Shown here in pieces: positions 38,937 through 48,214 of a stretch of DNA of 64,000 bases (within the stretch, counting starts at the first letter, position 1; each line of letters starts with the position of its first letter). Made by a program: the position numbers and the translations under genes. Source of the DNA: a virus; the IMG/VR virus record IMGVR_UViG_3300009085_000022, positions 38,177 to 102,176 of that record. One strand, given 5' to 3'. The notes under the pieces were generated by a model. That model made no database searches. It was not told the origin of the DNA and saw nothing but the letters and a program-made list of their open reading frames with translations.

Positions 38937-39248
38937 ATGGGAATACTTGGAACAATTGACAGATGCTTACATGGTATACAATATGACTTGATTAAGGATA
39001 TGATTGTATATGTAGAATTAGATAGGGATAATTATAAGGTATTATTAGAAGAAGTAGAAAGGCAGGTACAAAATTTAACTTCAGTTAGTAATAGTAGCCA
39101 ATTATCTGTAGAGCTTAATCAGAAAGTTAAGGATTTTGGAAAATGCACTATTCTTAATTATATGGGGTATAAGATAATTATATCAGAGAATGATAAGAAG
39201 ATTAAGGATGAATGTTTTTACCTTGCATTTAAAACTAAAATAATATGA
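38937..39248 (+). CDS. Hypothetical protein
   Basis: First ORF after the promoter. Confidence 0.65.
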   Translation: MGILGTIDRCLHGIQYDLIKDMIVYVELDRDNYKVLLEEVERQVQNLTSVSNSSQLSVELNQKVKDFGKCTILNYMGYKIIISENDKKIKDECFYLAFKTKII

Positions 39249-39308
39249 TGATATTAATTGTAGCTTTTATAGTGGTGGTAGGATTATTAATTTATGCAAC
39301 TAAAATAG

Positions 39309-39671
39309 ATGATTGAATTAGTTATTAATCCTGTGGCTAAACCAAGGATGACACGTAGCGACATTTGGAAACATAGACCTATAGTAGATAGGTATTTTGC
39401 ATTCAAAGATCATCTGAATGCTTTATGTAGATTGAATAAATTTGAATTACCTGATAAGTATAGGGTGGAGTTTTTAATGCCAATGCCAGAATCTTGGAGT
39501 AATAGTAAGAGGAAGGGATTGTTAGGGAAGCCTCATCAACAAAAACCTGACTTGGATAATTTATTAAAGGCTTTAAATGATTGTTTAAAGATTGAGGATT
39601 CAGGAATTTGGAAGATTGAGGCATCAAAGATCTGGTGGGAAGAAGGAAAAATTATTATATATGAGATATAA
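39309..39671 (+). CDS. rusA: RusA-family Holliday junction resolvase
   Basis: PVAKPRMT, KPDLDNLLKAL.D, ED motifs. Confidence 0.85.
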   Translation: MIELVINPVAKPRMTRSDIWKHRPIVDRYFAFKDHLNALCRLNKFELPDKYRVEFLMPMPESWSNSKRKGLLGKPHQQKPDLDNLLKALNDCLKIEDSGIWKIEASKIWWEEGKIIIYEI

Positions 39672-39823
39672 ATGTATGATTTGTGGTAGAATTTATGTGG
39701 GTAATAAGGATCTACCTATTATCCAGGATGCTGAAGGTCTTGTAGGAGACGGATGTTGTAAAGTAGGGTCTTTAATAGAGATTGAAGATCGTATAGGTAG
39801 TTCAGATAAATATTTAATTAAGG

Positions 39824-40069
39824 ATGAAAATACAGATAGATACAAACAATAAAACTATTCAGATCTTAGAAAATATTAAGATTGGGGTGCTTTTAGAGAC
39901 ATTATTTAATATGTTGGGAGAGGATTATAAGGAGTATACTTTAAATTTAGAGCAAACTACTTATACTTATTATCCCTGGGTCTATCCAATTACTGTACCC
40001 TACCAGGAGCCAAGTTGGCCCACAATTACATGTGGTACTGGTACTTATAATATAGATGTTAGTTTTTAA
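39824..40069 (+). CDS. Hypothetical protein
   Basis: ORF in operon context. Confidence 0.55.
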   Translation: MKIQIDTNNKTIQILENIKIGVLLETLFNMLGEDYKEYTLNLEQTTYTYYPWVYPITVPYQEPSWPTITCGTGTYNIDVSF

Positions 40070-40113
40070 TAGGTAACCTATTAAAAGTTAGTAGATTTTT
40101 TTTACCTAATTAT

Positions 40114-40144
40114 TTTGATATTTAAAATAAAGGTTTTATATTTG
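40114..40144 (+). promoter_or_regulatory. Bacteroidota-type sigma promoter
   Basis: TTTG-N19-TATATTTG. Confidence 0.75.
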
Positions 40145-40354
40145 CAAAGTAAATCCAGTCCAACTCTGAGTACCTACAGGGGAAAAGACGGGTGGGGGGT
40201 GAATCTCCAAATAGGAAGAGAGTCCTCCATGGTAAAAATAAGTTAGTTAAGCACACGACTACAACCACCGATGGTAAGGGTAATAGTAGGCTAGGGGTAA
40301 ACAAAGACCAAGTGTTGTACGATTAACCAAAAAACTAAAAGATGGGGGAACCCT

Positions 40355-40882
40355 ATGGGGCATGTTATGAAGTATTCAGAACAACTACAAGATCCAAGAT
40401 GGATTAGTAAAAGATTTAAAATCTTAAAAAGAGATCATTTTAAATGTTCTGAGTGTAACTCAACTCATAATTTAAATGTACATCATAAGTACTATGTACG
40501 AGGTAAGAAAGCCTGGGAATACCCATATAATGTTCTAATAACTCTATGTAGCAATTGTCATAGTAAATGGCATAAAGAACATGATATTGAGATTAGAGAT
40601 GAAGTCTGGAAGAAGAATAGAGAGTATATAGTACCGTTAAAAAAATCTCATAAAAATAAAAAAAGAGTAGAAGATAAAAAACATATTTCTTTTAAAATTA
40701 ATAAACCAAAAGGTTTAGATTATATAACAAATAAGAAAGCTGAAATTAGAGTTAGAAAGAAAAAAGAATTGATTGAGAAATATGTGGGAAAATTTAAAGT
40801 TCTTGAAATGTATAATAAATTAAAATCTATGACGTTAGAAGAACTTGAGACATATTTAAAAAATCATGGTAAAGTTAAGTAA
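40355..40882 (+). CDS. HNH endonuclease
   Basis: RDHFKCSEC, LNVHH, LITLCSNCH motifs. Confidence 0.88.
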   Translation: MGHVMKYSEQLQDPRWISKRFKILKRDHFKCSECNSTHNLNVHHKYYVRGKKAWEYPYNVLITLCSNCHSKWHKEHDIEIRDEVWKKNREYIVPLKKSHKNKKRVEDKKHISFKINKPKGLDYITNKKAEIRVRKKKELIEKYVGKFKVLEMYNKLKSMTLEELETYLKNHGKVK

Positions 40883-40896
40883 TATTATAGTAAGTT

Positions 40897-41049
40897 ATGA
40901 AAGATTTTGTAAAATCAGAATGGTATCCCATGTTAGCAGGATTAACCACTTTTATTGGAACTTTAGTTAGTCCTGTATTTGGAGTACTCATTCTAGTTGG
41001 ATTAGTTACTCTGGCAATGCTGGCAAAGTTGAATGATTGGAATAAGTAA
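40897..41049 (+). CDS. 50-aa membrane peptide (not in the ORF track)
   Basis: Read manually: MKDFVKSEWYPMLAGLTTFIGTLVSPVFGVLILVGLVTLAMLAKLNDWNK. Confidence 0.6.
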   Translation: MKDFVKSEWYPMLAGLTTFIGTLVSPVFGVLILVGLVTLAMLAKLNDWNK

Positions 41050-41110
41050 TAATTCCTAGGCGAGATTCTCTACAATCTCAGAACCGGAGGTAGAATAAAT
41101 ACTCCGTGTT

Positions 41111-41145
41111 AATTAGCCCCTCTCCCTCAGGGGCTAATTTTTTTT
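41111..41145 (+). terminator. Intrinsic terminator
   Basis: AATTAGCCCCT-CTCCCTC-AGGGGCTAATT followed by a T-run. Confidence 0.85.
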
Positions 41146-41164
41146 GAAAATAATTGAAGAAATG

Positions 41165-41196
41165 TTTGGTAGATATAAATATGTGTTGTACCTTTG
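41165..41196 (+). promoter_or_regulatory. Bacteroidota-type sigma promoter
   Basis: TTTG-N20-TACCTTTG. Confidence 0.8.
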
Positions 41197-41222
41197 TATC
41201 GTTAATTAAATTTATATATTGC

Positions 41223-41810
41223 ATGGAACAAAAAAGAACACAGATTTTATTAGACATGGATGGGGTTTTAGCAGATTTTATTTCTAGTGCTGTTGACTCT
41301 TTAAACAGAGATTATGGTAAAGAAATTACTATGAAGCAATATGCTACAGAATTTGGAGCCTGGGAAACATATGATTACTATAATATTACTGTAAAAGAGT
41401 TTTGGAGGAGTATAGAGAAGACTCCTAATTTTTGGTTAAATATAGAACCATACCCTTGGTACAAGAAATTATATGAAGAGTTGTGTCAGATAGGAGACGT
41501 AACTATTTTAACAGCCCCTTCCTTAGATCCTATTTGTGTAGTAGAAAAATTAGCCTGGTTAGAAAAATATTTAAATATTAAATCAGATGGAGTTATCTTT
41601 GGTAGTAGGAAATATCTATTAGCCGGTAATGGTATTCTTATAGATGATTATAAAAAGAATATAGATAGTTTCAGAGCAGCAGGAGGAAGTGCTATTTTAG
41701 TGCCTTCTAATTGGAATACAGCAGATCTTACTTTTGGTAAGGTTTGGAAAGTAATACAAAGTGGTTTAATTGGAACAATGTTATATGAAAGAAGAAGGCA
41801 AGAAGTTTGA
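41223..41810 (+). CDS. HAD-family 5'(3')-deoxyribonucleotidase (NT5C-like)
   Basis: LDMDGVLADF, LTAP, K, LIDD motifs; start moved downstream of the promoter. Confidence 0.88.
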   Translation: MEQKRTQILLDMDGVLADFISSAVDSLNRDYGKEITMKQYATEFGAWETYDYYNITVKEFWRSIEKTPNFWLNIEPYPWYKKLYEELCQIGDVTILTAPSLDPICVVEKLAWLEKYLNIKSDGVIFGSRKYLLAGNGILIDDYKKNIDSFRAAGGSAILVPSNWNTADLTFGKVWKVIQSGLIGTMLYERRRQEV

Positions 41811-42081
41811 TACAGGTAAACTTAGATGGGATCTCCTGCCTATTGATTGTGTAGAAGATGTAGTCAAAATACTCACTTTTGGCTCCGAAAAATATGGCCC
41901 TAACAATTGGCAAGGAGTGGAAAAAGATAGATATTATGCAGCTCTTATGAGACATCTATCAGCTAGTAGACAAGGAGAATTGAATGATAGTGAGTCTGGC
42001 TTAAGCCATTTAGCTCATGCAATGTGTAATGTATTATTTTTATTGTGGTTTGAAAAACGTAAAGTAGATGGAAAGAATTAA
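41785..42081 (+). CDS. dATP/dGTP diphosphohydrolase domain protein (DUF5664-like)
   Basis: GKKFDTGKLRWDLLP, KYGPNNW, RH, DSESGLSHLAHA motifs. Confidence 0.82.
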   Translation: MKEEGKKFDTGKLRWDLLPIDCVEDVVKILTFGSEKYGPNNWQGVEKDRYYAALMRHLSASRQGELNDSESGLSHLAHAMCNVLFLLWFEKRKVDGKN

Positions 42082-42388
42082 AGACATTAGTAAGATGAAG
42101 TTGCAATTAGGATCTGTCCTAATTAAGATTAAATTAAAAGGAGGAATAATCCTGGCTCCTGAGGGTAATACCCCAAAACCTATGGTAGATTATGCAGAGG
42201 TAGTTGCTTTATCTAAAGATATTACAGATCTTAGCATAGGAGACATCGTTTTAGATTTTAGGACCGCTGAAGGATTTGACTGGAAAAACGACAAATATGC
42301 AGTAATCCCAAGGATGAATGTCAAGGTGGCAGTAGATAAGGAAGACTTTGATTTTGGTATAAAAGTTGATAAAAGAAAGTTGAATTAA
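42068..42388 (+). CDS. GroES-like co-chaperonin
   Basis: VLIK..GGIIL...AEVVA....GDIVL pattern. Confidence 0.6.
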   Translation: MERIKDISKMKLQLGSVLIKIKLKGGIILAPEGNTPKPMVDYAEVVALSKDITDLSIGDIVLDFRTAEGFDWKNDKYAVIPRMNVKVAVDKEDFDFGIKVDKRKLN

Positions 42389-42974
42389 TTATGGGATTTT
42401 TAGAATCAACCCTAGACGAGGGACAGACTTATAGAACATTTATTTTTAAGCAAGGAGAGGAAGAAATAAGATTGCAAATTCAATTTGAAGATTTAGTTGC
42501 AATATTCTCTGGAATGAGGCCTAGAAATTTAGATGCTGAACATACAAAACGTATAAGAGAGCTTTTAGCCAAAGAGCTTAAAAGGTATAGAAGGGGTACT
42601 CTTATACATACTTCCAAAGTAAGAAATGATGTTTGGAATGAATATAAAAAAGAACTTGGTATAAATAAAAAACAGAAGGGGCATACTTATGTCAAAGATA
42701 CAGAATAGTATAGCATACGTGACTACAGGTAAAGGATTTGATGATTATAGAAATAAGCTAATAGAGATTTTTGATGGTAGTTCTGCTGTACATAAAAAGA
42801 AAATGACTCAAGGTTTATTCTGGACTAGTGTTGATAAAGACCTTGCAAACCAAATGGTTAGAGAGGAGCGTTGGTTTCTTGGTGTAAAATATAAAGATGA
42901 GATAAGAGTTATAGATCACGGAACAAGTGATGATTCAATAAGCAATAAAGGTGTAGGATTTAAAAAGTAGTATT

Positions 42975-43322
42975 ATGAATTTTTTAGATTTATTTAATTC
43001 AACATTTGTCAATTATTATGACAATAAAGTTCCAATGTGGTCAAATTGGAACTATGATAAGTTCGGAATGCAGATTAAAATTGCAGTTCCTGGGTATGAA
43101 AAAGAGGCCTTTGATCTGTCTGTAAATGATGATGAGCTTCAACTGAAGATAGAAGATGGTAAGCGATTACGAACCTATTCTATAATTACAAGACAATGGG
43201 ATACAGCCTATGACTTAGAAAAAGCTAAGGCTACTTATAAAAATGGTATGCTGATTATAGACATCCCTAAAGAAGATCAAAAAAAGGCTTTACCAAGTAA
43301 AAAAATAGAAATCTCCTACTAA
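42975..43322 (+). CDS. Small heat-shock protein (Hsp20 / alpha-crystallin)
   Basis: AVPGY.KE, ATYKNGMLIIDIPK, KKIEI motifs. Confidence 0.85.
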   Translation: MNFLDLFNSTFVNYYDNKVPMWSNWNYDKFGMQIKIAVPGYEKEAFDLSVNDDELQLKIEDGKRLRTYSIITRQWDTAYDLEKAKATYKNGMLIIDIPKEDQKKALPSKKIEISY

Positions 43323-43335
43323 AGGAGATTTTTTT
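43309..43335 (+). terminator. Intrinsic terminator
   Basis: AAATCTCCT-ACTAA-AGGAGATTT plus T-run. Confidence 0.75.
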
Positions 43336-43344
43336 ATTAAAAAA

Positions 43345-43376
43345 TTTGGAAATGTCAATTATAGTATATATCTTTG
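43345..43376 (+). promoter_or_regulatory. Bacteroidota-type sigma promoter
   Basis: TTTG-N20-TATCTTTG. Confidence 0.8.
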
Positions 43377-43629
43377 TAAAAATTATGTAAAATGAAGTAT
43401 TACAGAAAGAACAGTGATCCACTTGTCCCAATGACGGAAGAAAAAATTAAGGCTGGAGAGATTGTTTATAATGAGCTAGGAAAATGTGTTAAAAAAATAT
43501 ATGTTGATGATAATATATATTTTGTAGAAGTTGTAGAATCTGTTTTAAATGAAGGAGAGACCTTATCAAGTTTAACTCCATTACAGTTGGAATTATTTTG
43601 GAAACTTAGCAATAATAAATTTAAAAAAC

Positions 43630-43989
43630 ATGAAGATAAGAATAAAGACCCAAGAAGATACTTATTTTCTTAAGCTTTTGTTTATCCTTAATAATATCCC
43701 ACCATTTAATAAACTTAGACCTAAAGAGTTAGAATTATATGCTAATTTATTAAGTATCAACTATAAATATAGGAATGTTCCTTTTAAAGAAAGGAATACA
43801 TTAATATTTAGTTATAACTCTAAACTTGAACTTGCGGCAAAAATGAGTATAAAATTGTCAGGAATATACAATCTTTTAAGTACATTAAGAACATTAAAAC
43901 TAATTGAGTCAGATAGTTTAATACCTAAATATATACTACCTAAGACTCAAGAATTAACTATTATATTTGAAGACGAGGACGAAAATTAA
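43630..43989 (+). CDS. Putative HTH DNA-binding protein
   Basis: ELAAKMSI.LSGIYNLLSTLR helix-turn-helix-like segment. Confidence 0.45.
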   Translation: MKIRIKTQEDTYFLKLLFILNNIPPFNKLRPKELELYANLLSINYKYRNVPFKERNTLIFSYNSKLELAAKMSIKLSGIYNLLSTLRTLKLIESDSLIPKYILPKTQELTIIFEDEDEN

Positions 43990-43994
43990 AAACT

Positions 43995-44945
43995 ATGAGT
44001 ATAGAAGAAATTGTTGAAAAATTCCATGAAAAATCCTATATGTCAAATATGGGAAGCGGTAAACTGGCCTCCTGGCTAAGAGTATCTCCTGAGATTATAA
44101 AAGAAGCAAAAAAATTATATCATAAGGAAAAAATAAGTACAGCAGTTCCAAAACATAAATTAGAGCCCCATACTACTCCAAGGATTCTTCTTTTGGATAT
44201 TGAAACAGCGCCTATACGAGCCTTTGTCTGGCGACTCTGGAAACAGAATATTTATATAGATCAGATTATATCTGAATGGTTTATGTTAACCTGGGCAGCT
44301 AAATGGCTATTGGAACCAGGAGTTGTATCTCAAAAATTAACTAGCGAAGAGGCTAGAACAGAGGATGATAGTAGGATAGTTCAAACACTTTGGTATTTAT
44401 TGAATGAGGCTGATATAGTAATAGCGCATAATGGCAATCAATTTGATATACCTAAAATTAAATCAAGGTTTTTAGTACATGGGTTACCTCCTACTACTTA
44501 TTATCAACAAGTAGATACAAAACAAGTAGCAGCCAAAGAATTTGGATTTTCTTCTAATAAATTAGATGCTCTAGCTAAAATTTTTGGAATTGATCAGAAA
44601 ATTGAAACTAATTTTAAATTATGGTCAAGATGCTTAGACGGTGAAGAAAAAGCTCTATCGGAGATGGAATTCTATAATAAGCATGACGTTGAGATCTTAG
44701 AAGAAGTATATTTACATTTAAGGCCCTATATTAAATCGCATCCTAATTATAATTTATTTATTGATTCCAATGAGCCAGTCTGTCCTCATTGTGGAGGTAA
44801 ACATCTGGAATTTGTTGGATATTATTATTTTACACAAACAGGTAAATATAAAAATTATAGGTGCACGGATTGTGGTGCTCTTGCAAGGGAACGTAAAACA
44901 GTGTTTAAAAATAGTAAATCTATTCTGATTAGTAATGGCAAGTAA
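43995..44945 (+). CDS. RNase H-fold 3'-5' exonuclease with C-terminal zinc ribbon
   Basis: LDIET, HNGNQFD, YNKHDV; CPHCG...CTDCG. Confidence 0.85.
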   Translation: MSIEEIVEKFHEKSYMSNMGSGKLASWLRVSPEIIKEAKKLYHKEKISTAVPKHKLEPHTTPRILLLDIETAPIRAFVWRLWKQNIYIDQIISEWFMLTWAAKWLLEPGVVSQKLTSEEARTEDDSRIVQTLWYLLNEADIVIAHNGNQFDIPKIKSRFLVHGLPPTTYYQQVDTKQVAAKEFGFSSNKLDALAKIFGIDQKIETNFKLWSRCLDGEEKALSEMEFYNKHDVEILEEVYLHLRPYIKSHPNYNLFIDSNEPVCPHCGGKHLEFVGYYYFTQTGKYKNYRCTDCGALARERKTVFKNSKSILISNGK

Positions 44946-45094
44946 ATGTGTTAGATGCGAATTGTTAGAAAGGAAACAGCAGAGTAAGCAGATACTTTAT
45001 TCTGGTCCAGACGGTTCAATACCAATTTGTTCCGTCTGTATGCAGGAAATAGCTGAAATGGATATGCTTTTTAAAAATATAGAAGTAGAGGAAG

Positions 45095-45358
45095 ATGAGC
45101 CCGGAAGTGAAGATTTTGTTGAATAGAGTTGCTAGAGAGTTAGATATTTCTATAACAGATGCAGAAAGGATGTATGAAGCTCCTTTTGAACTACAGTCTA
45201 TTATTATGAAGTATCGTTGTGATAGGCATAAACAAATTTTCCCAAGTTTAAGAATTCCTTATTTTTTAATATTTTATTGTCCTGAGTGGCATAAAGAGAG
45301 ATTAAAGAAACGAACAGAAAAAAAAGATAAAGAAAATGAGAATATTCGATCTGATTAA
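45095..45358 (+). CDS. HU/IHF-like small DNA-binding protein (putative)
   Basis: Two N-terminal helices then LRIPYF.IF strand; position before the terminase. Confidence 0.45.
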   Translation: MSPEVKILLNRVARELDISITDAERMYEAPFELQSIIMKYRCDRHKQIFPSLRIPYFLIFYCPEWHKERLKKRTEKKDKENENIRSD

Positions 45359-45887
45359 TAATCAAGTAGTTATTTCTGAAGAGGCATATTTATTAGTTCC
45401 TTTTAAGAAAATCTGGGATAGAGATAAAACAAAAACTAAAGAAAAAGCCTTAGCAGAATTAGCTTACATTTATTTTGTAGAAGATTTTAAATCAGATTTT
45501 TCAGATATTGTAGATGACTCTACAAGAGAGTCTGAGGTTATAAGTTCCATTGGATTGCCTAAACCCTGGAAAGAAGATGTCCTTGTCACAGAAGCCAGAG
45601 AGTTCTACCGTAAAAGAAGCGAGGAAATTACGCCACTATTAATGTTAAAAGATGCAAAAATAGTGATAGACAGAATGCGAGATTTCTATAGAAATGTAGA
45701 CTTTCTGGCTCTTGATAAGAATGGAAAAGCTAAATATGATATAGATAAGGTAGCAAGGGTTATTGAAAGAAGCGCTGGAATTTTGGAAGGCCTTGTGAAG
45801 CTGGAACATATGGTAAAAAAAGAAGTACAATCTAAGAAAGATAAAGTAGGTAATAAGACCAAGGCAACATTTGAAGATGGAGTATAA
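45336..45887 (+). CDS. Gene directly upstream of TerL, putative small terminase subunit
   Basis: Synteny; helical 183 aa. Confidence 0.45.
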   Translation: MRIFDLINNQVVISEEAYLLVPFKKIWDRDKTKTKEKALAELAYIYFVEDFKSDFSDIVDDSTRESEVISSIGLPKPWKEDVLVTEAREFYRKRSEEITPLLMLKDAKIVIDRMRDFYRNVDFLALDKNGKAKYDIDKVARVIERSAGILEGLVKLEHMVKKEVQSKKDKVGNKTKATFEDGV

Positions 45888-48135
45888 TAAATATCAATCT
45901 ATTTTAGAAGAAGCTAAATTAGAAAAAGAAGTATTAGGAGAAATAACTGAGTTTATAAACTCTGTTCAGTTTATACAAAACTTAATTAGACCTAATAGAA
46001 AATATGCCAAAGACTGTGAAAAAGATGAGTTTGGGAAGATTATAGTTAATCTTTCTGATCCTCATATATTAGAGGATGTTAATTATTTTAGGCAGCCTGC
46101 TATTCATTATGAACAGTTTAAAAAGTATACAAATTTATACCCTAATTCATCTCCAAATTCAGAATATAGTAAGTTTTGGAAAGAAGAAGCCAGACGCTGT
46201 AGAGATGGGTATATAAGAGAATATGATGGAGAATGGATACCTGGACCATTCTACTTTTATTTAAATTATTCTCCAATACTTAGAAATAAGATAGTTCCAG
46301 GTACGAAAAGATCAGAAAGAGGTAGAGGGTTTCCAGATTTTTATGATGGGTCCTATTTATACTATCATTATGTCCAGCAAGCTAAAGACTTTGGAAAACA
46401 TGCTGGCTTATTAAAAAGAAGAGGAGTGGGCTTCTCATATACCGCCGGTTCTGATTTAACTAGACTACTCATTCTAGGAAGTAGTTCCTTAAACAAAGAA
46501 GATGTTCAAGCATTTGCAATTGCAAGTGAAAAAGAATATTTAATAAAAGATGGAATTTTAAATAAATTTGATTATAATGTCAATTGGTGTGCAAGTACGA
46601 CTCCCTGGCCCAGGTTAAAAAGCAAAGATTCGTTGAATAATATGATTTGGGAAGTAGGATACACTGATCAAGACGGTATTACACGAGGAACACATAATTC
46701 AGTAATCGGAGTAACAACATCTGGAAATCCAGAACATGCTCGTGGTAAAAGAGGTACTATCTATTATGATGAGTGGGGAATCTTCCCAAACTTATTAAAA
46801 ACCTGGAACGTAGCTCGTGAATCAGTAGAAGAGGGAGATTTTGCCCACTCTACTATGATTGGAGGAGGTACTGGAGGTACAGAGGGGGCAAACTTTGCAG
46901 GAGCAGAGGAAATGTTTTATAATGCAGATGGTTATAATATATTAGCTCTTCCTAATGTATATGATAAAAATACTAATGGAAAAGTTAATTGTGCCTTCTT
47001 TTTCCCGGCATATCTTAATAGATTAGGTAAGTATGATAAGAATGGTAACTCAGATGTAATTGGAGCTCTTATAGAGATTATACAAAGAAGATTTAAAATA
47101 AAGTATAACTCTACAGATACTAATACTTTAGTGCAGCATAAGGCTGAGATGTGTATTACTCCACAAGAAGCTATCATGCGTAGAGAAGGTAGTATTTTTC
47201 CTATATCATCTCTTAAAGATTATCTCGCCGATGTAATGCCTAATTACCAAGAGTTTGTACATGCTCATTATGTAGGCCATCTAAAAACTAATGTTAAAGG
47301 AGAGATTTCCTGGGATAAACAGGAACTGCATCCACCCTTAAGGAATTTCCCGTTAAAAGACGAATTAGATCGTTTTGGCTGTATTGAGATTTTTGAAATG
47401 CCTAAAAAGATGGGAGATGGTAATATACCTACCTGGAGATATATAGCTGGGATAGACCCTATTGATTCCGATGCTGGTATGTATACTAATTCTTTAGGAA
47501 GTTGTTTTGTCTTTGATAGTTGGGAAGATAGAATTGTAGCTGAATATTCTGGTAGGCCTCCATTGGCATCAGAATTTTATAATAACTGTGTTATGTTATT
47601 AAAGTTTTATAATGCTGTTGCTAACTATGAAAATAACCTAAAAGGACTATTCCAATATTTTGATACTACCAGAAACCTACACTTATTATGTGATACACCC
47701 CAGATGTTAAAAGACATGGATTTACAAAAAGGGCCTTCATTTGGTAATAGATCAAAAGGCACAACTGCAAATAAGATGATTAATGCCTGGGGAAGGAAAT
47801 TACAAGCAGACTGGTTAATAGAAAAGGCTTATACGTCTCTAGATGATTCAGATATAAAATCTGAAGAAGAGAAGCCAAAATTATTAAATTTACATAAAGT
47901 ACGTTCTATAGGCTACCTTAAAGAGTTAATTAGTTGGAATCCAGATGATAACTTTGACAGGATATCTGCAATGGGAATGTTAATGATTTTACGAGCTGAT
48001 AGAGCTAAATATGAAATACAAAAGTATTCTGATAAAATTAAGACTATACATGATGATCCCTGGTTTATTAGATATTCAGGAGTTAGTAAAAAAGTAAAAA
48101 TTATAAATCCTGCTAAATCAATTAACTCCGTTTAA
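45871..48135 (+). CDS. terL: Terminase large subunit
   Basis: KRRGVGFS Walker A-like, YYDEWG Walker B, GTGG, AGIDPID nuclease, ENN, NFDR motifs. Confidence 0.92.
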   Translation: MKMEYNKYQSILEEAKLEKEVLGEITEFINSVQFIQNLIRPNRKYAKDCEKDEFGKIIVNLSDPHILEDVNYFRQPAIHYEQFKKYTNLYPNSSPNSEYSKFWKEEARRCRDGYIREYDGEWIPGPFYFYLNYSPILRNKIVPGTKRSERGRGFPDFYDGSYLYYHYVQQAKDFGKHAGLLKRRGVGFSYTAGSDLTRLLILGSSSLNKEDVQAFAIASEKEYLIKDGILNKFDYNVNWCASTTPWPRLKSKDSLNNMIWEVGYTDQDGITRGTHNSVIGVTTSGNPEHARGKRGTIYYDEWGIFPNLLKTWNVARESVEEGDFAHSTMIGGGTGGTEGANFAGAEEMFYNADGYNILALPNVYDKNTNGKVNCAFFFPAYLNRLGKYDKNGNSDVIGALIEIIQRRFKIKYNSTDTNTLVQHKAEMCITPQEAIMRREGSIFPISSLKDYLADVMPNYQEFVHAHYVGHLKTNVKGEISWDKQELHPPLRNFPLKDELDRFGCIEIFEMPKKMGDGNIPTWRYIAGIDPIDSDAGMYTNSLGSCFVFDSWEDRIVAEYSGRPPLASEFYNNCVMLLKFYNAVANYENNLKGLFQYFDTTRNLHLLCDTPQMLKDMDLQKGPSFGNRSKGTTANKMINAWGRKLQADWLIEKAYTSLDDSDIKSEEEKPKLLNLHKVRSIGYLKELISWNPDDNFDRISAMGMLMILRADRAKYEIQKYSDKIKTIHDDPWFIRYSGVSKKVKIINPAKSINSV

Positions 48136-48214
48136 AATAAATTACGCTATACCAGTAATTAAAATTTTTGTTAAATCAATATAACATCAGTACTTTTACA
48201 CAAAATTAAAAAAT

